Assembly: GCA_011109175.1 (NCBI GenBank)
Contig: RDEW01000018.1
Location: 679,304-743,303, forward strand
Source of the DNA: Dicyema japonicum
Taxonomy: Eukaryota; Animalia; Dicyemida
Direction of reading: 5' to 3'
Length of the DNA stretch: 64,000 nt
Shown: piece after piece, positions 11,570-25,475 of the stretch
Numbering within the stretch: the stretch's first letter is position 1
How the letters are laid out: each line of letters begins with the position of its first letter
The notes under the pieces: generated by a model
The model's database searches: none
The model's input: the letters and a program-made list of their open reading frames with translations, nothing else
Told to the model about the DNA's origin: nothing
Translations under genes and position numbers: made by a program

Positions 11570-14530
11570 GCAATTTCATTTTTTTATGTTGTTATCGTAG
11601 TGTCATGTAGCTCACCAGAAATGGTGTCACCCATTCCAAAAAGGAACGAAAAGAGCCAACAGCTTTCCTCACCGTCCGGTGGCCCTTTCTACTTCTGTGT
11701 CTTCGACCTTATTTGGTGTCCCCATTTGTCGAGACTTCTGATTCTCTCATGTGGTGACGTCAAAACCAATCATGGGCTATGGAGAGATTTTACAATTAAT
11801 ACAACTGAATACGAATGGGATGAGGAAAAAAATCTTTGGCACTCCTCCGCGAAAATGAGACTGACCTCGCTTTAATACAGGAGTCCAAGCTATCTCTTTC
11901 CATAAACACCCTCTTTTCCCGGATACAAAGTGATCCGTAAAGATCGTCAGGGAGGACTACTTACTATTATAAAGAACGATATTCCTTTTATGGATACAAC
12001 TCAACGAACCTCAGAGCTTCTTGGCATTGACAAGACTTTGGAGCAGATTACTGTCAAGATCGAGTTATTCCCGTCCTATTGGAGCCATTTGGCTTATTTA
12101 TATATTCCTCCACAAAGATCGTTTCCGACATCTTACACCCCTGATTTATCACGCATTTCAACATTGAAAAATCTACTGTTATGTGGGATCTTAATTCACG
12201 ACATCAAGTTTGGCTCACTTCTTAATCCTATGATAACAAATTATTTTCCTGAGTTGATTATACTGAACAACCATAACTCACATCCTAGGACCCCATTAAG
12301 GATGACTGATAGCTGCACATCTCCCGACTTAACACTATGCTCACCTTCTCTGGCTGGACTCATTTCCTGTAACGTCTTTTACGGCTTCCAGTGACCACAT
12401 TCCAATCCTTCTAAAATTGAGAGGTCTTCAACGATACAGGAGACGGCCGGCGGAATCAAAAAGATTCAAGGATTATACGAAAGTTGACTGGTCAGGTTTC
12501 AGTAACCTTGAGGATAAATTCTTGGCCGGAGATTATCCTCCCAATACGCTCTATTGATGATGCTGCAGAAATCATCAGCGCTGCCATTTAGAAAGATGAC
12601 CATATTTTTATCCCTATATCGTCATACAAGAAGTTTATTCCTACCCTTAGCTCTTATAAAATAAGTCTCATAAAACAAAGAGACCGGCTGAAGATATGCT
12701 ATCTGTTGGACATGATGTTTTTGACAGCCCTCAGACAACTAAATATAGGATCTGTCAGAGCATAAAAAAACACAACGACATGAGATAATAGCATCTAGTA
12801 AACCAACTTCGACATTTCTGGAAAACTCTTAAACAAGTCCAGTCGGAGCTGGATGATGCAGATGGAACCGGAATGTTTTTTCCTGGACACTTATGCTACT
12901 TACATCCTAACATTCTACGAAACATTACGCTTGAATTAGCTTCAGACCATTCTCGAAACACCTAGACATTATGGTGCGTGCCCATAAACCGAAGAAGGAA
13001 CCTTACACGAACTATTCATATGACGAAGTCTTGGATGTTATCACCAGATTAAAATTCTCACGGGCGTGCGGGCCTGACAAAGTATCTTCTATTCATCTAA
13101 AACACCTAACCACTACGAAATTGGCTAACTCACGCAAATATACAACTGTCCATTAACTATACTATTATTCCCAAAATTTGGAAGAATTCTTTCATCAAAC
13201 CGATATTGCAGGCTGGGAAACCAGAGACAGAGCCTGCCTCCTACAGACCTATTTCCGTTACCAGCACTGTCAAAAATTATGGAGAAACTTGTATTATCAG
13301 TCTTTTTTCCGTATCTTCCACGTCCTATATTTTAACATGGTTCCCTCCCCAGGCAGGTCCACCGCTACATACTTGGCAACTTTATCGCAGTTCATTGCCG
13401 ACGCTTTTAACACCCATCCTCCGCCTCACAAACGCACAATCTTGGATTCTATTAACAAAGCCTTTGACACTGTTTCGAGGAAAATCCTGGTTGGGAAAAT
13501 ATTTTTTACTAATATTCGTCCGAATGTGAAATTATGGCTGGCCAACTTTTTGTCTGGAAGACGTGGAAGAGTAGTCAGTGGTGATCTCAGATCTAGATCA
13601 CGATTACTACCGAACTGGGTACCCCAGGGGTCTCCACTTTACCAATTCTATTTAACTTATTCCTACACGACATACCTAATGATGGAGACGAAGATTCCCT
13701 GTTATTATCCTACGCAGACGATAGTCATTGCAATACGGAACCGCTCGACTCAAGTCGCATCCCTTAAAACTCAGACAAAATTGAACATTCTCCACGATTG
13801 GATTGCTGGCAATCGACTAACGATTTCTGCAACCAAGTCTATCTGTTCCACATTCACGTCGGACCGTCGTTCCAAGGATGAACCGAGTCTTTTCATTGGT
13901 CCCACTAGGATTCCAGTGACAAAGTCCCCCATTGTCCTTGGAGTCAAGTACGACAGCCTTCTCAAATTCAACTCCCACGCAACAGACATGATCACCAGGG
14001 GCCTCCAGAAAGTTAACGTTATACGCGCCCTTGTTCGGAGGACCACGAGGAACATGGACTTTTCCGTTTCTACACTCTACCAACAAACAATCGCGCCTGC
14101 CATTGAGTATGCCTCCGTTGCATGGAGATTCGGGCTATCGGAGTCTTTGGTCCAAAGAATCAACTCGATATACCGGAAAACAATCAGTATGCTTTCCCCA
14201 CGTAATGGATCAACAGTCGACCCACTACTCATGGAAGCTAAGATCCGTAGTCGTGGCTCCGGATTTCTTCGCATCTGTGAAGAAGATGGAAATCCGCTTC
14301 GCCTGATCCTTCCCATGGCAAGAGAAAACCGATTGGATAAGAAATTCCCCTCCCCGATCGGATTCCTCTGCAAGACCGAGAGAAGGCTCTTCCGGAAAGT
14401 AGTGGGGACGAAGGAAGATCACAGACGTCGAATGGCACAAGTGATTGCGAAAACTGGGATCACCTAACTGTTTGACTCATTTGTCTTTCTTTCTCGGTGT
14501 TCCCGGGGTTATTAAAAATAAAATAAAATA
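11570..14530 (+). mobile_element. APE-RT LINE family A, copy A1 (2A-like motif, APE, RT, 3' stem-loop, TAAA tail); frameshifted
   Basis: LLILSCGDVKTNHGL-WRDFTI-N, DLALIQESKL, SDH, YRPISVTS, INKAFDTV, WVPQGSP, SYAD, ends KTGIT* then (TAAAA/TAAA)n. Confidence 0.9.
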
Positions 14531-14559
14531 AATAATGCTAAATCTCTGACAAAGTCGAA

Positions 14560-15430
14560 AGAGACTTATCAAGTGCAGATGTATTATTAATTCTGATTAT
14601 TTCAAAAATACGTCTTGTATTTCAAGAAGAACTCACAAGATAGGACTGTAATTTTTGATAACAAAACAGTGGGTTTTCCACTCGAAAAGAACTTGTGCTT
14701 CACCATCTAAACTAGGAGATTGTGAATGTCATAGATAATAGTAGGTTACCTGCTAAAAAACTTTTTATCCGAGGGACAGTCTTTCGTCTAAAAGGGAGGA
14801 ACAATATAAAATGAGATTATGTTTATAATAAGAGTCCAACAAAGATCTGGTTTGATCCCAAATTTTATTTGACGTATTCATTGTAAATTTTTCAAAATAA
14901 AAAAAATTAATATTGGACTGATGATATATGCCGATGACGTCAAAGTTGTGGATACACTTTAGGGAAGAGTTTAGAGTATGTTGGTTCAAATGAAGAAATA
15001 AGCAATATGATAGGATAAAGTTCTCTTTTCACATGGAAGATTATTTGAAATATGTCAGAGCGATTAAAAAGAGGCTTATCTAGCTCTGTTCAGTGCTAGC
15101 AAGTTACCAGGAGATATGAACACTTTACTTTAAGTTTCAGTTATTCAATATCGATTTGATTTTCTGAGTGCGAGATGAGACTTTTTTTTAAATAAAGAAA
15201 AAATTATATTTCCACTGGAGAAATTGAGAACTACAATAACGACAGCAATTGATAGCTTAATGAAGAACTAAATAAGTAACAAGATAAAAAATTCATTTCT
15301 ATTCATAGTCTAATGCAGGAGAGGATCGATGCCCACAAAAAGTGGTCAAATATGCAAAACACATACAAAAAACCAATAGAACTAGCTGCATGGATGGAGG
15401 GTCTTGGGAGAAGTGTCAATTCACAAAAAG
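14560..15430 (+). repeat. Second copy of the decayed CR1-like RT relic (part of the tandem duplication of 10640-14530)
   Basis: Aligns end to end with 10690-11520. Confidence 0.75.
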
Positions 15431-15869
15431 TAGCTCAATATGATTACCTTTTATAACTATAAAATTCATTATAATAAAGTTATTTATTGCTCTTCTTAAT
15501 AGCGAAAGTAGAATTGTAGAGTTGTCGATATATTTTCTATTGTATAGAAATCAATGATTTTCATCATGCGAACTCTTGTTTTTTTTTCTTCTTTTGTAAA
15601 TGTAGATCAAAATGTTGTTAAAATGTAGGTCAGCCATCATACGAAAGACTGCAATTCTACCCTATGTATTAACTCTCATAGTTATAACGATCTCTCATGA
15701 TCTTTATCCAACTTTGAGTCAGACCTCATCTGGAGGGAAATTTTATAGTTGATCTCTTTGTTATTCCAGCCTGGAAATAATTTTATGTTTTATATATCGA
15801 AAATATTCTGTGGCCATAAAGTAGTATGCCGTTGATCTTTGTGCAATTTCATTTTTTATGTTGTTATCG

Positions 15870-18810
15870 TAGTGTCATGTAGCTCACCAGAAAAGGTGTC
15901 ACCCATTCCAAAAAGGAACGAAAAGAGCAAACAGCTTTCCCACCGTCCGGTGGTCCTTTCAACTCCTGTGTCTTCGACCCTATCAGTTGTCCCCATTTGT
16001 CCAGACTTCTGATTCTCTCATGTGGTGACGTCAAAACCAATCATGGGCTATGGAGATTTTACAATTATACAACTGAATACGAATGGGATGAGGAAAAAAA
16101 TTTTGTCACTCCTCCGCGAAAATGAGGCTGACCTCGCTTTAATACAGGAGTCCAAGCTATCTCCCTCCATAAACACCCTCTTTTCTCGGATACACAGTGA
16201 TCCTTAAAGATCGTCACGGGAGGAGGACTACTTACTATTATAAAGAACGATATTCTTTTATGGATACAACTCAACGAACCTCAGAGCTTCTTGGCATTGA
16301 CAAGACTTTGGAGCAGATTACTGTCAAGATCGAGTTATTCCCGTCCTTTTGGAGCTATTTGGTTTATTTATATATTCCTCCACAAAGATCGTTTCCGACA
16401 TCTTACAACCCTGATTTATCACGCATTTAAACATTGAAAAATCTACTGTTATGTGGGGATCTTAATTCACGACATCCAGTTTGGCTCACTTCCCAATCCT
16501 ATGATAACAAATTATTTTCCTGACTTGATTATACTGAACAACCCTAACTCACATACTATGACCCTATTAAGGATGACTGATAGCTGCACATCCCCCGACT
16601 TAACACTATGCTCACCTTCTCTGGCTGGACTCATTTCCTGGTACGTCTTTTACGGCTTCTTAGTGACCACAATCTAATCCTTCTAAAATTGAGAGGTCTT
16701 CAACGATACAGGAGACGGCCGGCGGAATCAAAAAGATTCAAGTATTATACGAAAGTTGACTGGTCAGGTTTCAGTAACCTTAAGGATAAATTCTTGGCCC
16801 GGAGATTATCCTCCCCAAATACGCTCTATTGATGATGCTGCAGAAATCATCAGCGCTGCCATTTAGAAAGATGACCATATTTTTATTCCTATATCGTCAT
16901 ACAAGAAGTTTATTCCTACCCTTAGCTCTTATAAAATAAGTCTCATAAAACAAAGAGACCGGCTGAAGATATGCCATCTGTTGGACCTGATGTTTTTGAC
17001 AGCCCTCAGACAACTAAATAAGGAATCTGTCAGAGCATAAAAAAACACAAGGACAGAGATAATAGCATCTAGTAAACCACTCGACATTTCTGGAAAACTC
17101 TTAAACAAGTCAAGTCGGAGCTGGATGATGCAGACGGAACCGGAAAGTTTTTTCCTGGACACTTATGCTACTTACATCCTAACATTCTCACGAAACATTA
17201 CGCTTGAATTAGCTTCAAACCATTCTCGAAACACCTAGACATTAAGGTGCGTGCCCATAAACCGAAGAAGAAACCTTATCACGAACTATTCTCATATGAC
17301 CAAGTCTTGGATGTTATCACCAGATTAAAAAGCTCACGGGCGTGCGGGCCTGACAAAGTATCTTCTATTCATCTAAAACACCTAAGCCACTACGAAATTG
17401 GCTACCTCACGCAAATATACAACCTGTCCATTAACTATAATATTATTCCTAAGATTTGGAAGAATTCTATCATCAGACCGATATTGAAGGCTGGGAAACC
17501 AGAGACAGAACCTGCATCCTACAGGCCTATTTCCGTTACCAGCACACTGTCAAAAATTATGGAGAAACTTGTATTATCAGTCATTATTCCGTATCTTCCG
17601 CGTCCTATATTTCAACATGGTTTCCTCCGCGGTAGGTCCACCGCTACATACTTGGCAACTTTATCGCAGTTCATTGCCGACGGTTTTAACACCCATCCTC
17701 CGCCTCACAAACGCACAATCTTGGTTTCTATTGACATCAACAAAGCCTTTGACACTGTTTCGAGGAAAATCTTGGTTGGAAAAATTTTTCTACTAATATT
17801 CGTCCGAATGTGAAATTATGGCTGGCCAACTTTTTGTCTGGAAGACGTGGAAGAGTAGTCAGTGGTGATCTCAGATCTAGATCACGATTACTACCGAACG
17901 GGGTACCCCAGGGGTCTCCACTTTCACCAATTCTATTCAACCTTTTCCTACACGACCTACCTAATGATGGAGACGAAGATTCCCTGTTATTATCCTACGC
18001 AGACGACGTAGTCATTGCAATACGGAACCGCTCGACGCAAGTCGCATCCCTTAAAACTCAGACAAAATTGAACATTCTCCACGATTGGATTGCTGGCAAT
18101 CGACTAACGATTTCTGCAACCAAGTCTATCTGTTCCACATTCACGTCGGACCGTCGTTCCAAGGATGAACCGAGTCTTTTCATTGGTCCCACTAGGATTC
18201 CAGTGACAAAGTCCCCCATTGTCCTTGGAGTCAAGTACGACAGCCTTCTCAAATTCAACTCCCACGCAACAGACATGATCACCAGGGGCCTCCAGAAAGT
18301 TAACGTTATACGCGCCCTTGTTCGGAGGACCACGAGGAACATGGACTTTTCCGTTTCTACACTCTACCAACAAACAATCGCGCCTGCCATTGAGTATGCC
18401 TCCGTTGCATGGAGATTCGGGCTATCGGAGTCTTTGGTCCAAAGAATCAACTCGATATACCGGAAAACAATCAGTATGCTTTCCCCACGTAATGGATCAA
18501 CAGTCGACCCACTACTCATGGAAGCTAAGATCCGTAGTCGTGGCTCCGGATTTCTTCGCCTCTGTGAGGAAGATGGAAATCCGCTTCGCCTAATCCTTCC
18601 CATGGCAAGAGAAAACCGATTGGATAAGAAATTCCCCTCCCCGATCGGATTCCTCTGCAAGACCGAGAGAAGGCTCTTCCGGAAAGTAGTGGGGACGATG
18701 GAGGATCACAGACGTCGAATGGCACAAGTGATTGCGAGGACTGGGATCACCTAACTGTCTGACTCTTTTGTCTTTCTTTCTCGGTGTTCCCGGAATAAAA
18801 TAAATAATAA
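15870..18810 (+). mobile_element. APE-RT LINE family A, copy A2 (best preserved)
   Basis: FTIIQLNTNGMRKK...LIQESKL; ORFs 17247-17813 and 17810-18754 contain YRPISVTSTLSKIMEK, IDINKAFDTV, GVPQGSPLSPILFNL, SYADD; ends RTGIT*. Confidence 0.92.
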
Positions 18811-18989
18811 ATCCACTCCAATAGTAGAGAGAATGAGGAATAGACAAGCAAGCATAAAAACTTTAACAAATTAACCACACAGCACCACATGAGCCACGCG
18901 GCTTATTAAATATCTTAATAAATAAATAATAATAATAAATAATAATATGGTCTGGTACGAAGTGTGACAAGTTCCTTTGAAAGCTAAAA

Positions 18990-19600
18990 GGTCACGAAGC
19001 TTGGATTTATCTGTATTTACAAACAGTTACTTTGGCGTCATTCAAAGTAGCAAATGAAGTTGCAAAACCAAAGAAGCCACATACTATTGCAAATACTCTT
19101 ATTAAGCCTTGTGCATTGGAAATAGTGAAAACAGTTCTCTCGAAAACTGCAGCAGATTCTTTTCTCACATAATTGTATTCGGGATTGTATTAATAGTATT
19201 AGTGATTATATTTTTAAACAAGTTGTTTCGGACATAAAGAATTCTTGCATCAAGAGTTCAATCTATTGGATGAATCTATCGATGTTGATGGTTGTAGTCA
19301 ACTAATTGGCTTTGTCGCTATATACAATAGCATTTAATTGCGTTTCTTTTTTGCAAACCTCTCGAAACGGAAGCCTCTGCAGAAAATGTTTTCCATATGA
19401 TTGAGAATTTTTTTGATGAACATGATATTCCATAAGAAATTATCATGTCAATTTGCACGGACGGTGCTTCAGTTATGCTGGGAAACAGGTCGGAAACGCT
19501 ATTAACCCTCAAAACAATCTCAGAATTGCACTAACAAACAAAAAACCACGTTTCGAGAATTTATTAAAACTAAAAGGCAAGAAAAGTCACAAGGAATCTA
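18990..19600 (+). mobile_element. hAT (ZBED5/SCAND3/Buster-like) transposase relic, repeated at about 23240-23830 and 27380-27950
   Basis: ASFKVANEVAKPKKPHTIANTLIKPCALEIVKTVL, LDESIDVDGCSQL, FFCKPLET, SICTDGASVMLG; stops present. Confidence 0.75.
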
Positions 19601-19859
19601 ACTAATCTTTTTGAATAAAATTCGAATTCAGATAGATTTAAAATCAAGGTGCGAAGTTACTTTTTTTTAATTTTTTGGGTGAGATTTCAAAAAGTATCTG
19701 TAATCGCTGCTTTAGATATTTAGACTATATTTTGAAAATGACATGGTGGATATAAGAATTACATAGAGAAAGAATGGGAACAAATTTATTCTCCACGAAA
19801 AGTCTAACTACTAGAGAATTAGCCGTTTCAAACGACACGATTTCCAGTCTTACGCGCTT

Positions 19860-20650
19860 TGAGTGCTGAGAGTGCGTTTACTCCGCTACCTGGGTGTTAC
19901 GATTGATCTTGAAGGCTCATTTATGGAGGATGTTAAAATAAGAAAAAAAAGGGCACTACAAACACTTCGATTTACTCGAAAACTTTGTGTAGGCACAGAG
20001 ACGTTCTTGTTCATATTCTCGAGAGTAATCCTGCCCAATTTGACATACGGTTGTGAGATGTAGTATCTGTCTACAAAAAAAGACATGATCGAGATTTCTG
20101 ATATACGCAGTCAAATTGCTACTGTCTGATGTGTCGAGATCGAGTTTGATCCCAGAAAGGAGACTTAAGTTGCATATGGAAGAGATTAAAGACTGGTTAC
20201 GGTCTCCAACGATTAAAACGGTCAAGAAAATCTAATGCAATGACTTTTTCGGTAAAGTAGAAAAGGAAATCAGCAAGGCTCCCTATGATGTATAAATATT
20301 GTGAGATGCCTGATGTATCTCGGAACACTTATTGAGAATACGGGAGTACATTATGTGACTTTAAACTCCGAAGGAAGAAAGCCCAGTATGCGTTATTGTG
20401 TGTGAGGAAAATGAGACTCGAAACGGGCATATATTTATTTATTTTACGTACGATCATACTAACACTCCATGGATGGTATTACAATGCATACAAGGAGCGT
20501 TTTATCTAGCTTCTTTTAAAATCGATGAGAGCAAGGTTCGACCAGAAGTTAGATGAAGATTAAATTTATTAGTAATGTGGATTAGAGATGTTTTTGAGAC
20601 AAGGAAGGAAAATTTCCTAATAAGATGCTATTGTTGAGAGATGTCGCAGC
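19860..20650 (+). mobile_element. Scrambled LINE RT fragments (same family as 54560-55480), repeated at about 24100-24900 and 28230-29000
   Basis: RYLGVTID...ILPNLTYGCEM (thumb) lies upstream of a YADD-region segment sharing tactgtctgatgtgtcgagatcgag with about 55305-55330. Confidence 0.65.
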
Positions 20651-21369
20651 ACAGAATAAACCATAAGAAGGATCTTAGAACGTAGAGGAAAGTCCAAGCT
20701 ATGGAAGGACTTGTGGTGAGAAACCTCTTTAACTTTAACTTTTAACAGACTTTATTAACAAAGGAAAGTAAAGAGGGAATTAATTGGTTTCTCATCACAA
20801 GTCCTGTCATAGTTGCCAATAAAGAAATAAAAAAACCGTTGTTGTATGGTTGTGCCTGTTGTTAAAAAGCTCCTCATAGAGGATTAATACAATCAAAAAG
20901 GCCACCTCAGGAGAGGTTTTAAGAAGAATAGTATTGAGAGCATTAAGGATTTGCTTCTGGTAGAGATAAACTCAAATCACTGACCAGTATCGACATAGCA
21001 TTGGAAAGATAAAGGGAAAGATTTACAGTTGAACTTTCATCTATTGACAAAATCATGGGAGTATTAAATTTGTAAACCAATTATGTGGATTGAAATCCCT
21101 AAAGAACTCCAGAGTGACTGCATAATGTGGCGGGTTTTTCCGATTAGAGTTTAAAGAAGAATCAGCAAAAATCTAATTCGTCTCGAAGATTAATTTGTCT
21201 TTTCCTTTATGGAAGGGAAACTTTAAGATGATCGAAATCAAAAAGAGGTCAATATGGATTGAGGAAGACGAACTTATGACTTACATGAAAGAAATTGATC
21301 CAACAAATAAATCAGTAAAATATCTTGTAAGAGATGGAAGAAAAATGTGAAGATGAGCTTAAAGTCAAG

Positions 21370-23045
21370 GAGCTTGATGATGCAGACGGAACCGGAAAGT
21401 CTTTTCCTAAACACTTATGCCATCTACATCCTAACACCCTTATGAAACATTACGCTGGAATTATCTTCAAACGATTTTGAAACACCTAGACATTAGGGTG
21501 CGTGCCCATAAACCGAAGAAGAAACCTTATCACGAACTATGCTCATATGACGAAGTCTTGGATGTTATCACCAGATTAAAATGCTCACGGGCGTGCGGGC
21601 CTGACAAAGTATCTTCTATTCATCTAAAACACCTAAGCCACTACGCAATTGGCTACCTCACGCAAAGATACAACTGTCCATTAACTATACTATTATTCCC
21701 AAGATTTGGAAGAATTCTATCATCAGACCGATATTGAAAGCTGGGAAACCAGAGACAGAACCTGCTTTTACAGGCCCATTTCGTTAGTAGCACACTGTCA
21801 AAAATTATTAAGAAACTATATTTCAGTCATTATTCCGTATCTTCCACGTTCTATATTTCAACATGGTTTCCTCCGCGGTAGATCCACCGCTACATACTTG
21901 GCAACCCTATCGCAGTTCATTGCCGACGGTTTTAACACCCATCCCCGTCCTCACGAACGCACAATCTTGGTTTCTATTGACATCAACAAAGCAAATAAAA
22001 TCTAGTTGGAAAAATATTTTTTACTAATATTCGTCCGAATGTGAAATTATGGCTGGCCAACTTTTTGTCTGGAAGACGTGGAAGAGTAGTCAGTGGTGAT
22101 CTCAGATCTAGTCCACGATTACTACCGAACGGGGTACCCCAGGGGTCTCCACTTTCACCAATTCTATTCAACCTATTCCTACACGACCTACCTAATGATG
22201 GAGACGAAGATTCCCTGCTATTATCCTACGCAGACGATAGAGTTATTGCGATACGGAACCGCTCGACGCAAGTCACATCCTTAAAACTCAGACAAAATTG
22301 AACACTCTCCACGAGTGGATTGTTGGCAATCGACTAACGATTTCTGCAACCATGTCTATCTGTTCCACATTCACGTCGGACCGCCGTTCCAAGGATGAAC
22401 CGAGTCTTTTCATTGGTCCCACTCGGATTCCAGTGACAAGGTTTCCCACTGAACGTGGAGTCAAGTACGCAGCCATCTTAATTTCAACTCCCATGCAACA
22501 GACATGATCACCAGGGGCTCCTGAAAGTTAACATTATACGCGCCCTTGTCCATAGGACCACGAGGAACATGAACTTTTCCGTTTCTACCCTCTACCAACA
22601 AACAATCGCGCCTGCCATTGAGTATGCTCCGTTGCATGGAGATTCGGGCTATCGGAGTCTATGGTCCAAAGAATCAACTCGATATACCGGAAAACAATCA
22701 GTATGCTTTGCCCACCTAATGATCAACAGTCGACCCACTACTCATGGAAGCTAAGATCAGTAGTCGTGGTTACGGATTACTTCGCATCTGTGAGGAAGAT
22801 GGAAATCCGCTTCGCCTGATCCTTTCCATGGCAAGAGAAACCGATTGGATAAGAAATTCCCTCCCCGATCGGATTCCTCAGCAAGACCGATAAAAGGCTC
22901 TTTCGGAAAGTAGTGGGGACGATGGAAGATCACAGACGTCGAATGGCACAATTGATTGCGAGGTCTGGGATCACCTAACTGTTTGACTCTTTTGTCTTTC
23001 TTTCTCGGTGTTCCCGGGGTTATTAAAATAAAATAAATAAATCCA
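21370..23045 (+). mobile_element. LINE family A 3' half (triplication unit 2)
   Basis: Near-identical to 17110-18810, with extra frameshifts. Confidence 0.88.
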
Positions 23046-25475
23046 CTCCAATAAGTAGAGAGATGAGGAATAGACAAGCAAGCATAAAACTTTAACAAAT
23101 TAACCACACAGCACCACATGAAGCCACGCGGCTTATTAAAATATCTTAATAAATAAATAATAATAATAAATAATAATATGGTCTGGTACGAAGTGTGACA
23201 AGTTCCTTTGAAAGCTAAAAGGTCACGAAGCTTAGATTTATCTGTATATACAAACAGTTACTTTTGGCGTCATTCAAAGAAGCAAATGAAGTTGCGAAAC
23301 CAAAGAAGCCACATACTATTGCAAATACTTTTATTAAGCCGTTTGCATTGGATATAGTGAAAACAGTTCTCTCGAAAACTGCAGCAGATTTCTTTGTCAC
23401 ATAATTGTATTCGGGATTGTATTAATAGTATTAGTGATGATATTTTTAAACAAGTTGTTTCGGACATAAAGAATTCTTGCATCAAGAGTTCAATCCATTA
23501 GATGAATCTATCGATGTTGATGGTTGTAGTCAACTAATTGGCTTTGTCGCTATATACAATAGCATTTAATTGCGTTTCTTTTTTGCAAACCTCTCGAAAC
23601 GGAAGCCTCTGCAGAAAATGTTTTCAATATGATTGAGAAATTTTTTTGATGAACATGATATTCCATAAGAAATTATCAGGTCAATTTGCACGGACGGTGC
23701 TTCAGTTATGCTGGGAAACAGGTCGGAAACGCTATTAACCCTCAAAACAATCTCAGAATTGCACTAGCAAACAAAAAACCACGTTTCAAGAATTAATTAA
23801 AACTAAAAGGCAAGAAAAGTCACAAGGAATCTAACTAATCTTTTTGAATAAAATTCGAATTCAGTTAGATTTAAAATCAAGGTGCGAGGTTACTTTTTTT
23901 TTTAATTTTTTGGGTGAGATTTCAAAAAGAATCGGTAATCGCTGCTTTAGATATTCAGACTATATTTTGAAAATGACATGGTGGATATAAGAATTACATA
24001 GAAGAAAGAATGGAACAAATTTATTCTCCACCGAAAAGTCTAACTACTAAAGAATTAGCCGTTTCAAACGACCCGATGTCCAGTCTTACGCGCTTTGAGC
24101 GCTGAGAGTGCGTTTACTCCGCTACCTGGGTGTTACGATTGATCTTGAAGGCTCATTTATGGAGGATGTTAAAATAAGAAGAAAAAGGGCACTACAAACA
24201 CTTCGATTTACTCGAAAACTTTGTCTAGGCACAGAGTCGTTCTTGTTCATATTCTCGAGAATAATCCTGCCCAGTTTGACATACGGTTGTGAGATGTAGT
24301 ATCTGTCTACAAAAAAAGACATGATCGAGATTTCTGATATACGCAGTCAAATTGCAACTGTCTGATGTGTCGAGATCGAGTTTGATCCCAGAAAGGAGAC
24401 TCAAGGTGCATATGGAAAAGATTAAAAACTGGTTACGGTCTTCAACGATTAATACGGTGAGAAGAAAATCTAATGCAATGAAGTTTTTCGGTGAAAGTAG
24501 AAAAGGAAATCAGCAAGGATCCCTATGAGGTATAAATATTGTGAGATCCCTGAAGTTCTCGGAACCCCTATTGAGAAAATGGGAGTACATTATGTGACTT
24601 TAAACTCCGAAGGAAGAAAGCCCAGCATGCGTTATGGTGTGTGAGGAAAATGAGACTCGAAACGGACATATATTTATTTATTTTGCGTACGATCATACTA
24701 ACTCTCCATGAATGGTATAACAATGCATACAAGGAGCGTTTTATCTATCTTCTTTTAAAATCGATGAGAGCAAGGTTCGACCAGAAGTTAGATGAAGATT
24801 AAATTTTTATTAGTAATGTGGATTAGAGATGTTTTTGAGACAAGGAAGGAAAATTTTCTAATAAGATGCTATTGTTGAGAGATGTTGCAGCACAGAATAC
24901 ACCATTTTAACTTTTAACAGACTTTATTAACAAAGGAAAGTAAAGAGGCCGAATTAATTGGATTATTATCACAAGTCCTGTCATAGTTGCCAATAAAAGA
25001 AATAAAAAAACCGTTGTTGTGTGGTTGTGCCTGTTGTTAAAAAGCTCCTCATAGAGGATTAATACAATCAAAAAGGCCACCTCAGGAGAGGTTTTAAGAA
25101 GAATAGTATTGAGAGCATTAAGGATTTGCCTCTGGTAGAGATAATATTGACAAAATCATGGGGAGTATTAAATTTGCAAACCAATTATGTGGATTGAAAT
25201 CCCTGAAAAACGCCAGAGTGACTGCATAAGGTCGCAGGTTTTTCCGATTAGAGTTTAAAGAAGAATCAGCAAAAATCTAATTCGTCTCGAAGATTAATTT
25301 GTCTTTTCCTTTATGGAAGGGAAATTTTAAGATGATCGAAATCAAAAAGAGGTCAATATGGATTGAGGAAGACGAACTTATCACTTACATGAAAGAAATT
25401 GGTCCAACCACTAAATCAGTAAAATATCTTGTAAGAGATAGAAGAAAAATGTGAAGATGTACTTAAAGTCAAGGA

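Noticed and set aside
13771-18847. Numerous 60-140 aa antisense or alternate-frame ORFs over the LINE copies
   Set aside because: They recur only because the underlying LINE is duplicated and show no independent motifs.
18800-18950. (TAAA)n/(TAA)n tracts as telomeric repeats
   Set aside because: They are short, interstitial, and mostly follow LINE 3' ends as tails or are simple AT microsatellites.
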